NCBI GenBank assembly: GCA_030390025.1
Contig: CM059432.1
Coordinates: 98,334,001-98,398,000 of the forward strand
Source of the DNA: Squalus acanthias
Taxonomy: Eukaryota
Direction: 5' to 3'
DNA: 64,000 nucleotides
Positions 51,755-63,692 of the stretch are shown one piece after another; the first letter of the stretch is position 1; the number at the start of each line of letters is the position of its first letter. The position numbers and the translations under genes were made by a program. The notes below the pieces were generated by a model. It did not search any database and was not told where the DNA came from. It saw nothing but the letters and a program-made list of their open reading frames with translations.

Positions 51755-52425
51755 GGAGGAGAAATTCCCTATAGGGCCATTTGGGGTGCTAAGTCAAAAA
51801 TGTTTGAAAAGTTAGCACCAGGCGTTAACCTTTTCAAACATTATGAAATTCCCATTTTTTGCTCCAAGAGGGAAGTGGAGCGCTAAATCAAGCACTCCAC
51901 TTGCCTCTTGGAGTGCAAGTGGCAGAGAATGTCCCGATCCTGGGTGATGTGCTCAGCAGCACCACGCGTGGCCATGCTTGGCGCTGCCGCGTTGCAGGGG
52001 CTCTCCCCTCAATTAAAGGGAAGGGCTCCAGGCTGCGAGCTCTGCATTTATTTTGGCATCTGCTGGGTGTGGGCGTGCCGCTCGATCAAGCTGAGTGCCT
52101 GGCTGACCGATCGCGGCACTCGGCCCACGTCCGGTGCTCAGAAATATTTTTTAAAATCGGCGATATTTTTCATGTTGGCCAGCCACCACGCCTTTAAATG
52201 GTGCCCCACGAGTGGCCGGCCTCACTGTTCGCGACCCCTGCAGCAGTCGGTAACATCGCCCGGCGCTGCTGCGGGGCGCGAGGGGGAACTTTTCTCCCGA
52301 GGCGCTACCGGCGCGCTGTGCCTGGAGATGACGTCATGATCACCGGGTGCAGAAGATCGGGGTGATACCCGGTAGTGCCGCCGCTAACCTCCCGTGGAGG
52401 TGGTAACGATGGGAATTTCGCCCCC
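51755..52425. mobile_element. Harbinger-type MITE related to family Y
   Basis: TIRs GGGAGAGAAATTCCC and (rc) GGGGGCGAAATTCCC, TSD ACT; shares 'ggagcgctaaatca', 'cctttaaat' and 'gatgacgtca' with family Y. Confidence 0.85.
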
Positions 52426-53284
52426 ACTGGTGAAGAACTGCACCTATGATAGCAAGCACTACAGGACTGATATTATTACATGTACTAGTGTTGGGATCAA
52501 AGAAATGTGCCAGTAATGAACTCTAATTAATATAATTTAAGTATGTAGATCATGGAAAATGAAAAAAACATAGGGCCACAGACTTGTATCTGTTCCAGCA
52601 GCTGCATGTTCTTCCCAGCTGTGAATTGTCCCATCTGCTACTCTTGCTTAAGGATCAGTCACTATACTGATTTCCTTATAGTTACCTCAAGTTGATGAAT
52701 GGCTTTAACATCTTTTATATGTTTGTCTAAATCCAGTTACTAGTTCTCCTGATAGCATTGTCTTTTGAGTCAAAGCTTGCACACTTTCTTTATCATGAAA
52801 TACTACCATAGACTGCCTTTTCATGTAGTTCCCCCATGTACATTATACTAGTTTTGATAACCACACTTAAAGTGCCAAGTTAAGGCACGGGTTTTATCGT
52901 CATGTCATCCTTAGTTCATTCCGTAGCCAATTCAACATTTCTTTATTTTACCCATGCCAGTTCTGCATTTATGTGCTGTACGGAAGCATTTATTTGCTGA
53001 CTGGCCATAGTCAGATCTGCTCATAAATCAACATTAAATGTAGAGCCATGTTATGAAGTGGCTTGTGATCTGCATTGCAAGAATTAAATTTAACATTTTT
53101 ATTACCCTGATCCGAGTTCTAATTTGTCTATTCCGAAATGATCAAACAAATAACATTTGCTGCTTTCATTTCCTGGCAGGCTGAGATTCTGCAACAATAA
53201 TTTTCTCCAGCTTTTTCTTTATCCTCTTCTAACAGACTGGACTCTGTCAGCTATTAGAAGGACCTCTGATGATTTTATCACATT

Positions 53285-53470
53285 ATAGGTAATTTTGTCT
53301 TTGGGCAACAGTGTAAAATAACTGATATCAAATCAGTCGCCCATTATACATTTCTTCCGGTTTTCATTTCTATTGACTTCAATGGAGATAAAAATCGGGT
53401 CAGACATATAACGGACAGCTGATTTGATACTGGCCATTTTACACTATCGCCCAAAGTCAAAATGACTCCC
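53285..53470. mobile_element. Small fold-back MITE
   Basis: Arms 'attttgtctttgggcaacagtgtaaaat...atcaaatcag' and 'ctgatttgata...attttacactatcgcccaaagtcaaaat' around centre 'attgacttcaat'; ATT on both flanks. Confidence 0.8.
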
Positions 53471-54940
53471 ATTGTCTTTCTGCAGAAATGGAAATTGTCA
53501 TTCTAAATATCCGAGAGAGGACAGCTACTTGTTGATAATTGCTCAGAAAGATTTTGACTCGGTGGAAAAATCAGTTTGGGGAGGATTTAGGTCATGGCTG
53601 AATTTCTACTGGTTCATATTAATCATCCCATCCTAAAATCACAAATTTTGTCATTTAAGTCATTAAGAAGTGGATGTAATGGCCTGAACATTTCTGGTAA
53701 TTTTCATTGCGCCAGGTTTTTTGAGGAAGGTGAATTACGCTGGTTTTACGCCGGACCTAGCTACACGTAAATTTCCTCCATCATTTGCACCATCCTGAGT
53801 TGTGCGTGTTAAAACTCACTGAGCTTATTAACATAGTTTTGCAAAAGACCAGAGAATGTGAGTTTCCTGCATTTACATCAGTTTTGAACAGGCATAAATT
53901 TACACCCCGAATTTTAGGCTCAATAGGACCCAAAGTCAATGGGACAGAATTTGCGGTGGGTATGACGGTGTACTCTGAGAGTACCTGTCATACTGCCTTT
54001 GAAATGGACCGCAAGTTCGGGATTTCCGCATGCGCTTGCGCACGTGCACGTGCTAAATCCTGAACTTGCGATCTGTCAGGTTCCGACTTGACAGATCATC
54101 CTCACCAACACTGCATCGACATTGAAAACCTAATTGCTGGGGCAGAGTTGGGCTAATTGCTCACCAACTGCCCAGCAATTACGTACAAAAATTTAACAGC
54201 TGGTGGAAACAGGCGCAGGGCCTGTTTCAACAGTGTAAGGGGATACCCATCAATAAAAAAATCTTCATCTGATGCTTTATTACTGTATTGGAATTTAAAA
54301 GAAATGATTTTTGTTCAATTAGATGACATCCAGGAATGTATAAAGTTGTAGAACCTGAGTATCTCATTTGGGACGGCACCCGGAGAAAATGTGGGATATT
54401 AGCGCAGATGGACACATACACACGGAATCATCTAATAACTCATAGTTATTGTTGTTAAGTTTGTGTTTCTTTAAAAGAAATGGGAATGTAGCAGATGTTA
54501 ATTTAACAAAATTTCACCCTGATTCTCCTGAGTGCCATTAAACTACTGGAATCTGTCTCCTCTTTTCCTTGGATTTATTTATTCTTTTCCTGTTTTTATT
54601 TCCTTTCATTCTTTCACTGAGAAAGCTTCAAAGATCAATTCCCCAGATATAAAGGGCTGGATTTTGCCATTGGTGGTGGGTTGGGTGTGGGTCAGTTGTT
54701 CGGCAGGTCCCGATCCCGCCTCCGCTGTCGAGCAGGAAAAGAATTGTGATTTTGCCCTAATTGGGCAATTGATTCCCAGCGTGTGTGAACCACTGGCCCA
54801 ATCAGTTTTTTGGGCCTGAAACTCGCCTCTGATGACGTCATTTCTCCAGCTTCATTTAAGGGCTCCAAGCAGCCTTGGTTCATTTTGTGCCTAAACGCTT
54901 GTGTTTGCTTCTGTTGAAAATAGTTTTTGGAGCTAGTGCA

Positions 54941-56900
54941 ATGTCGACTTCAAGGCCCAAGGCCTCACCTCGGTTTAATGATGACTCACTCCATGCTCTG
55001 GTGGAGGGAGCCAGAGCACAAAAGGAGGTGCTCTTTCCTTCCTCTGGAAGGAAAAAACCTCCTCAGCAGACCAAAGCTGTGTGGCTGCAAGTTGCCCAGG
55101 AGGTGAGTGCCAGATCGATGTGCAGCAGAACCTGGCTGCAGTGCCGAAAGAGGTTCAATGAACTTGTCCGAACAGACAAAGTGAGTATACCATCACCTTT
55201 ACCCTCATTCTGCTCCCCATCTCCTCTCAGCACCATCACACTGCATTGTCAACCTACTCCTACACATCCCACTTTACCCTTACATCCCTTGCACCCTTAA
55301 CCATCCCCTCTCCCTCTATGTGCACAATCACTTAACTATTCGACTATGCTGCCCTCACACTTCCTATCACTGTTATGCTATGACAGCAACTAACAACACA
55401 CAGGGAGGGCCCTTAGGACCTCACTCCATCTTTGTGTCCTTCTAAGCATCTATGCTGTGGATTCTCTACACTCACTCAATCATTCTCACTCAAACTCCAC
55501 TTGTATCCCTCATTGCAGGAAAAGAGAGCCCACAATAAGAGGGAAAGGGCGAAGACCGGAGGAGGGCCAGCCTCAATAGCTCATCTCACCAGTGCTGAGG
55601 AGGTGGCCCTAGAGATCGTTGGCGCCGAGGAGGATGAGGAAGTGGGGGACGGACAGACAGGCACATCAGAGCAAGCTGGTGACAGAATAGTGTTGCATCT
55701 CTCTCATTGACATTGCATGAGTGACTGATATGGCTTCTGATGCTCAAACAGATTGACTTATGATCATCTGTACTATTACATGTGCATGCTACATTTATAT
55801 CACATGTCTAACTCATGCCTTTACTCCCCCACAGGACCATCGACAGCCCCCCTCCCCACTGTCCAGGAGAAGAGGCTGAGCCGGAAGACTCCTCAGAGGA
55901 AGCTGCAACCTCTGAGGGTGCAGCGTCAGCAGAATTAAGTGCACCCAGCACCAGCGCAGATACGCACACCTCGGTGGGACCTTCGGGACATAGAGTAGTG
56001 TTGTCACCTGGTGTATCACAGCTGACAAGTGAGCATCAGCAGATGGTGGAGACAGGGACAGCAGTGGAGAGTCCTCGTCGGAGGGCGCAGGACTCTCCCA
56101 GCTCTGCTCAGCTGCATGTCGACCCTGTGCCTCTGGGTTCATCCAGAAAGAGAGCGGTGCTGGAACTCCAGGAACAGGTGCAGGAGTCTCTGGCAGGTTT
56201 TGTCTCCAGGGTCACTGCGAGTGTGGAGCGGATGGAGGAGTCCAACGCTAACATGAGCAGAGCCTTTGTGGAGGCATTGGTGAATGAACTCATCATCGCG
56301 GAAAGGATGGCAATCTCCGTGGAAAGGTTGGCTACGGTAGAGGAGAGGATGGCTACGGCCATGGAGGAGCTAAGTCGCCAGAGTGTGGAAAACATGGTGA
56401 ATGTTCAGAATAGACTGATATCACTGGAGGAGCGATGGACAGCTATTGATCAGAGAAACCAGACCTTCATGGAAGTCCTCTGGAGTAGGACTGCCAGTGC
56501 AGAAATGGGTCCTCATGGCCCCCCTGATGTGCAGCAAGGTGCTGTCAAGCCACTTGTTAACGCTGAAGTGGGGCTGACCCATGAGAGGGATGTTGGTGGC
56601 AGAGAACAAGGAAGTGGGGGCTCCTCTCCAAGCGCTCACACTCCCATGCCACTGTGGAGCCCTCGGTCAGAGCCCCACCAGAGTCCTCACCCAACTGAGA
56701 TGGGCGTCTCAGCCCCTGCACAGCTGCAGGAGGAGCAGACTGTTGCCGAGCCCTCCCAGGCTCGCAACCCCAGAGGACGCCCGCCAAAGGTGTCGAAGCA
56801 GGAGCAGCATGAGAGTGAGCAAGGTGCCTCCACATTTGCTGAAGCCACAGGGGAAGCACCACGTAGGAGCATGCGTAAGAGGAAGATAAAGCACAAGTAG
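54941..56900 (+). pseudogene. Harbinger Myb/SANT-like protein gene; exons 54941-55180, 55519-55678, 55835-56900; one frameshift at ~55870
   Basis: MSTSRPKASPRFNDDSLHALV...WLQVAQEV...RTWLQCRKRFNELVR; phase-compatible GT-AG introns; heptad-like SVERLATVEERMATAMEEL; basic end RRSMRKRKIKHK. Comparison with the 31294-33460 copy shows a 1-nt loss near 55870. Confidence 0.88.
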
Positions 56901-57158
56901 TCACAAGGATAGTCACTTGGGTGTTCTGTTGTGTTTAATTGTTAAATGCCATCCTTTAGTCAATGTATTAAAATGAAGTGATGGCAAACTGTTGAAGTTC
57001 TGGACTCTGTCATTTCGGAAATGGAAGTTCCACATTGAGGGCTTAGGGCAAATTTTATTTGTCATGATGGTGGCCAGAGTGATAGGAAGCCACAGGTTCT
57101 TGTCCATTGTCTATGGTGTGGTAAGAAGGTGCCAGGCACCTGTGTTTGAATGGGCAAC

Positions 57159-58375
57159 TTAAGCAAATCCAGCCAAGATGAGTGCATCCCGGGCAGCAAT
57201 GTGCTCGCATGCTGCTGCAGCTGGTTGATGCGCATCCGCAAGTTCTTTGTTTTTGTTCTGCTCCTCCTCATCCTCATCTGAGGAGGCTATGCGCTGAGCT
57301 ACTTGTTCCTTAGGCAGCTGCAAGCCATGATGCTGTGTGTTGTTGTGCAGTGCACAGCAGATCATGACGATGCTGGAGATCCTGGCTGCTGAGTACTGCA
57401 GGGCTCCACCTGATCTGTCAAGGCATCTGAATCGCATCTTCAACAAGCCGATGGTTTGCTCGATGATAGATCTGGTCGAAATGTGGCTGGAGTTGTAGCG
57501 CTCCTCAGCTTCATTGGATGGCCTCCTGAACGGTATCATTAGCCACGTCTTCAGGGGATAGCCCTTGTCTCCAAGTAGCCATCCGCAAAGTTGGTTTGGC
57601 AGACTGAAGAGCGGAGGCACACTAGACTGGCGCAGGATGAGCGAGTCATGGCAACTGCCAGGGTACTTGGCGCAAACATGCAAAATGTCCTTCCTGTGGT
57701 TACACACCAGCTGGACGTTGAGGGAGTGGAAGCCCTTGCGGTTGACAAAAAGAGGTGGGTTGTGATGGGGTGCCCTAATGGCCACATGTGTGCAGTCTAC
57801 GACGCCCTGCACCCTTGGCAAGTCTGCCATATTTGCAAAGCCAACCGCACGCGTGGTTATACTTGCTTGATCTGTGGAGAAGTGGATGTAATTGTGCGCC
57901 TTTGCAAAGAGGGCATCGGTAACCTGCTGATGCAAGTGTGTGCGGCCGACTGGGAGATGCCACTGATGTCTGCTGATGATCCCTGGAAGGAGCCTGAAGC
58001 AAAAAAGTTGAGTGCGGTGGTGACTTTGACAGCCACTGGTAAGGGGTGTCCACCCATTCCTCTGGGCTCCAGGTGTTGGTGCAGCATTGCGCAGATGTCA
58101 GCCACTACCTCTCGCGAAAGTCTCAGCCTCCTTTGGCACTGCTGCTCAGTCATGTTGAGGAAGCTCATCCTCATCCTGTAAACCCTGTTTTGGGGGTCTG
58201 TCCTGCGGTGACGTGCTTCCCTGTGCTGGCGCCTTCTGGCCTGTGCACCATCAGGTGGGTGAGCAGCAGGTTGGCGCTCCTGTTTTTGCTGCTGCTGTTC
58301 CTAGTTCTGCTGCTGCCGCGGCTGCTTGTCCTCCAAATCTGAGCACCAGGATGAAAGGAAATAAATGGTTCCCAT
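57159..58375 (-). pseudogene. Harbinger (HARBI1-like) DDE transposase; one premature stop (~58302) and one frameshift (~57935)
   Basis: ATG at 58375 (MGTIYFLSS...); [20 protein letters not shown]; catalytic motifs VDCTHV, GDKGYPL and [15 protein letters not shown]. Confidence 0.92.
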
Positions 58376-60359
58376 GCTGCTGGGAGATATCTCCATTGAG
58401 GAAATGCTCAGTCAATGTGGGGCGAGGGTTTTCCCAGGAGGTCACAGTGGAGATGGATCTCAGCTTCACCACTTCCAAGATCAGTGGACCTGCAAAAAGT
58501 TCTCCAATACCTGAAGAAACAAAGTTCTGCCACCTGCAACTGATCCTTGTTGAGAGCTCCGTTTTTATGGTGGAGCTGCAGCTGTTAGGAAGCCAGCCAC
58601 TTGTCAACCCGACAGGATTAGCTGGCGTGTTTCAGGAGAGACGTGCAGCATGCTGGAAATGTGGCAAAATTTGAAAGGCCTCTCAAAATGGGATTATAGA
58701 GGTACTTAAGTGGTAGTTAAGTGCCTTAAGGGCCTATTCCGCCACCTGGAGGCTCAACCGAAACGGACTCTGCAAGCCCGCCTCTGGCAAAGTTGCGCGG
58801 AGGCGGGTTAACAGCGGGATCGGAAACCGCAGTCATTTTTTCAAATTTTCCCACCAGTCCTGCCTCCAAACCCGCCTTTTCAGGGCTGGTAAAATCCAGC
58901 CCAAAGCTTCAAAGATCAATTCTCCAAATACATGTTGCTTCTGTTTCCTGATTGGAGCACCGGCCCACATGATCCCAGGTATGCTTCCCCTGGGATCCGT
59001 GGGCCATTACGCTGCCCTCTACTACGAAGCGTCTGACAGCAGGTTTGCAAAGGAGGGTCCTCATCAGGTAACTGCGCAGTCTATTTGGATGCTGGCGGCG
59101 TACTCTGTAGGTACGGCGCTGACCGCAAAATCCAGGCCAATATTTCTGGTGCGATTTCTAAGCGATTTTGCAATTGAAAAAAATTCTATTGAGACTTGCA
59201 ATATATTTTCTAAAGCTTTGAATGCTTTTTTATGGCATCAGAAACTGTTACATTAAAGAGAGAAAAAAACTCCAAATTGCATTTTCTTAAAAGTACTGTG
59301 TTTAATGTATATAAAGGATGGTTTATGAAAACTTTAATTTTGATAACTAAAATAAAAAACGAATTAAAGAAGGGCAATGGTGTATGTTCTGCTCTTTCCT
59401 TAGGCCCCGATTGTTTGTCCCAATTTCCGTTTGTTTTGTGCTGGTTTTTACATTCTGGCTTATGCTAATGAAATTCCTAGGAAATTATCCAAATGCAAAG
59501 AATCCAAATGTCTCTCTATAAAAATCAAGGGAACCAGTGTGCGCAGATTGTGCTCATTAAGAATAATTAGAAATGCCTTCACCTGGTTGCATATCTTCTT
59601 ATTTTCCATTAACAGAAGCATGAAACCAACAACAGAATTTTTGTGTCATTATGCTAGATGATATGGCAAAGAATGGCGAGTGGATTTTTTTCTCTCAAAA
59701 GCAGTCAGAAATCTGTGTACCCAGTGAGATGTCATTTTTCCTCTATATAGGAGCTTGAATAGAATTAACTGTAGGCAAGAATCCAAATTTAAAAAGTTAA
59801 GTGCAGTCTTTACAGAACGCATTTAAAAAAAATTCTGAATTGGACCAGTACTCTAATATTTCTAAAAATTCATGTTTTAATCCAATTGAGGTAATTCTTA
59901 TTTAGAATCACTTCTCCATGTGACACTCAATGCAGCTTCTCAGCACAGAGGAACTTCTTTTTTTAACTTTCCCCCCAAGGACCAAGTTGTTCCAAGCACC
60001 AAACCTTTATGTTGTGGGTCCAATTTAGATCAAGGCACAGAGTAAGGTTGGGTTAATCTGGATATTTGTCGAAGTCCCTATGGTGTCTGTTCTGAGCTGA
60101 AACTGTAGCTGAGGAGGAATTGTTTTATTAATTGGCATGTACACAAAATAGAAATAATGCTCGTGGGAAGCCACATATTCCAGTTGGACAGGTGTAATAC
60201 TGCAGAGGACTGTTATCTGAAGTGACTAATTGTAGCTGTGGGAGCATGTACACTGGAACTGATGTCTGATCAGTTCAATGCTCCAGGATTTTGGTATTTC
60301 TTTCAGTGCTCTTATACATTTTAAATAAACTGACGAATGCAAGCATTCATCCCTCTATT

Positions 60360-60730
60360 GTCTCATTCCCTGCTCCACCTCCGTAAGTCTGTAACGTTCT
60401 CCAGCATTACAACTCCATCCCCTGAACTCTCCGTTTCTCTAATTATGGCCACTCATGTATCTCCCCCTTCCCTTTTGTCCACTATTGTTAGCCGTACCTT
60501 GAGCCACCTAGGACCCATGCTCTGGAACTTCCTCCCTAAACCCCAACACCTCCCCACCTCTCTTTTCTCCTTTGAGCCTGCTTAAAACACACCTCTTTGA
60601 CCAAGTCATTGGTCACTCCTCATAATAGTTGCTTCATTTGCTTGATATTCATTTCTTTCTTTACAACTTTCTGAAGTGCATTGGAACATTTTTCTATGTT
60701 AAAGGCGCTATGTAAATGCAAGCTGTTGAT
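60360..60730 (+). mobile_element. Old L2-type 3' end
   Basis: LWNFLPKP and 3'UTR 'ttttctatgttaaaggcgctatgtaaatgcaagctgttg'. Confidence 0.7.
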
Positions 60731-60972
60731 GTTCAAGAATTGACTGCTGCAGTGATATCAGCTACTGAACAATGACTGCCTTTAACCCACTAATTTCCAA
60801 ATCACTCCAACAGATAAACGCAGAAGCCTAGATTTTAGAATTGGTTTCATCCATCTTACCGACATAAATTGGGTGAAACCAAAAGGAAAATTGGATGGAC
60901 ATCCATAATGTTGGATTTGCACCCACTTTGCACTACTTGCATATTTCTAGGGGTAGGAAAATCAGAAACAGG

Positions 60973-61735
60973 GGCCCAAAAATTCGGCCGTTCTCGGGTG
61001 AGTACGGACTGTGTACTCACCCGTATTCATTCCTGAAGTGCCGGTTTCCTGCATACACTGCACATGCGCGGGAAACCGGCACTTCCGGTATGGCGAAGGG
61101 GGCGGTTCCTAGATGAACCGCGTGCGCACTAGAGGCTGCGCGCACGCAGCACACTTTGTTTTTTTTTCAGGTTTCAACGCGAGGGTAAGTATTGAAGATT
61201 CTACGCTAGTAAAAAGGAGGCGTAAGACCCCTTTTGAACAAGCTAAGTAGTTAATTAAGTATAATTTTAATTTTTTTTCAACAGGTTTATCTTTTTTAGA
61301 GACTTTAAAGAAAGGTAAGTTTATTTTTATAACTTTTAAAAAGTATTTTAATTTTTTCAAAAATTTAAATTTTTGTTTAAAGTGGTTAATTTATTTAACT
61401 ATAGTTATTTTATTAATGTGATGGTTTTTTTAAAATTTATTTGAGGTTTAGCTGTTCTTTTGGGGCCGATTTCAATTCACAGATTTGACAGGTCTCCTGT
61501 CAAATCTATGAATGAAAGATGGTCTGCTGCCATTGGCTCTCCATGGCCCACGTGATCCCAGGGGTCGCATCGCACTAACTGCGCCCCTGGAACACGCAAG
61601 CACTGCGCGCCGGCTCTTGGGAGAGGCCCAGGACCCGAAGTTCCTGTGGGCCTGAAACACAATGGCAGGTGCGGTGGGTAAGAGCGCGCGCGATCCTTAC
61701 CCCCGCGGCAAGCCGGCCACCCGAATTTCTAGGCC
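60973..61735. mobile_element. Harbinger-type MITE (family X)
   Basis: TIRs GGCCCAAAAATTCGG and (rc) GGCCTAGAAATTCGG, TSD AGG; colinear with 15763-16526. Confidence 0.9.
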
Positions 61736-61799
61736 AGGATGCTTTTGTTCAAAACAGTGCAGTTTCTTGTTGTATGATTACTACTACAACAACACATGC

Positions 61800-62590
61800 A
61801 ACTACAACACATGCATTTATATAGCACTTTTAACATCGAAAAACATCTCAAGGTATTTCACGAAAGCATAATCAGACAAATATTGTCACCAAACTATTAA
61901 GAGCGATAACTAAATGCTTGCCCAATAACGTAGGTTTTAAGGAATGTTTTAAAGGAGGAGAGAGAGATGGAGAGGCGGAGAGGTTTAGGGAGGGAATTCC
62001 ATGGCTTAGGGCCTAGATGGCTGATGGTGGGGTGAAAGGAGTGGGGTTACACAAAAGGCCAGAATGGGAGGAATGCAGAGTTGTTGGAGGGTTGTAGGCC
62101 TGGAAGAGATAACAGAGATAGGGAGGGACAAACCCATGAATTTGAAGATGATAATGTAAATTGGAGGTTTTGGGAGACCAGGAACCAAAGGTAATCAAGC
62201 ACAGGATTGATGGGTGAGTAGGACTTGGTGTGGATTAGGATGTGGATTAGGATGCAGGCACTAGAGATTTGTATGAGTTGATTTTTATGGAGGTTGGGTG
62301 ATGGGAGGCCGACAGTAAAGCATTGGAATAGTCGAGTCTACAGGCGAGAAAGGCGTGGGTTACAGATTTGGCAGCAAATGGGCAATGTTAAGGAGGTGGA
62401 AGTAGGCAATCTTTTGATGGAGAGGATATAGGGTCAGAAGCTCAGCTCAGGGTCAAATAGTTTACCAAAGTTGCGAACAGTCGGCATCAACCTGAGACAG
62501 TGGCCGGAGAGGGGGAGAGAATTGTTGGCGAGGGTATAGAGTTTGTGGTGGGAGAGAAGATGATGACTTCAGACTTCTCGATGTTTAACT
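61800..62590 (-). mobile_element. Old L2-type LINE fragment
   Basis: Begins with rc of the L2 tail 'gcatttatatagcacttttaacatcg'; rc contains 'ggaattccctccctaaacctctccgcctc' and SRLDYSNAL. Confidence 0.75.
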
Positions 62591-63692
62591 GAAGGATGCA
62601 GGATACTCAATCATGTTTAGACCCATGACTAATAAGCGACCGAGATTGCTGGGAAATCATTTTTGTGTGTAAATTCACAGAAGGGGGATAGTAAGAAAAT
62701 TATTTCCATGGTGTTAAGCTCATTTCTGCACTATTTTTCTTTTTTTTTTCTGCAGTCACTTAGCCTTTGTGGTAATTGTTCTGCTGGTCTTTATTCCCCC
62801 CGACAGCACCATTAGCTATTCAACCACCTCATACAGCACCACCTCCACTTCAGGAGCCATCAATTGGCGGGGGCGTGCTGGAATGGTCAGGTGATGGGAT
62901 GCTCAGTTACCTGCCTGCAGACTTGCACCTGTACATTGGGTTTCTCTTCCCTTCATTTCTATCCGTCAATAATCATTTAAGAGCAAATTTGCTAATCCCA
63001 TGTTCCGAGTGGAGATCTGTTCTCAGTGGGAGTGCAGACACATTTCAACTGCAGCTCCCTGGTCAGGTCTGGGGCTCAGTGAATTTACCATTTAGCACTT
63101 TAACCACTTTCAGTTTTGATTTTAATTTCAACCTCATTTACATGCTTAAGGGATCTGAATTCTGCTATGATAACAGCCTTGTTATTATAAAATTGCTTAC
63201 TGTTGCATTGGGATTCTGCAGCTATTTCTAGTTCTCCCTTTGCCCATCTAATTAATCTAAAAAATATTTTTAGGTGGTCCCTGTATTCTTCTCATTGGTC
63301 TCCCTCAATTTCTACCTACTGACTTATAAAGTTTCTTTTTCTTACTTATTTCACTTTATATTGTCCGGTTAACTCAATTAGAATTTGGGCTTACAGTGAG
63401 AAATATCTATTTTGTAATTAAGTTATCATGGCTAATATATTAGAGCATTACTAAAAGGTTGTAATGTTGCTCTGTATTTATTTATCTATCACCTCACCTT
63501 CAAAATTCACAGTTATCCATGATGTGCATATATACTCTGTCATTTAAAGCAGGGAGATATATATAAGCCTCAAAATTCAAAATCAGTTTAGCGAGATGAC
63601 TGGGCCAAATGGCACATTGAAACTGTCATGAGGGCTACTGATGTTACTGATGCATGCTATATACCTTGGTAAAGTACCCTTACAGACACCAT

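Larger units (their letters stand above)
54654..58902. mobile_element. Full-length PIF/Harbinger transposon (4249 bp), nearly intact
   Basis: 12-bp perfect TIR GGGCTGGATTTT, TSD AAA, convergent Myb-like and transposase genes. Confidence 0.95.
53941..59138. mobile_element. Non-autonomous Harbinger-type element hosting the nested 54654-58902 copy
   Basis: TIRs GGGACAGAATTTGCGG and (rc) GGCCTGGATTTTGCGG, TSD AAT (53938-40 and 59139-41). Confidence 0.8.

Noticed and set aside
53236..53288. Possible 53-nt exon after 'tcctcttctaacag'
   Set aside because: The apparent donor is the terminus of a MITE, the length is not a multiple of 3, and the peptide is unrecognisable.
57159..58375. Domesticated host HARBI1 gene
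   Set aside because: Lies inside TIRs with a TSD, has a stop and a frameshift, and has several paralogous transposon copies in the window.
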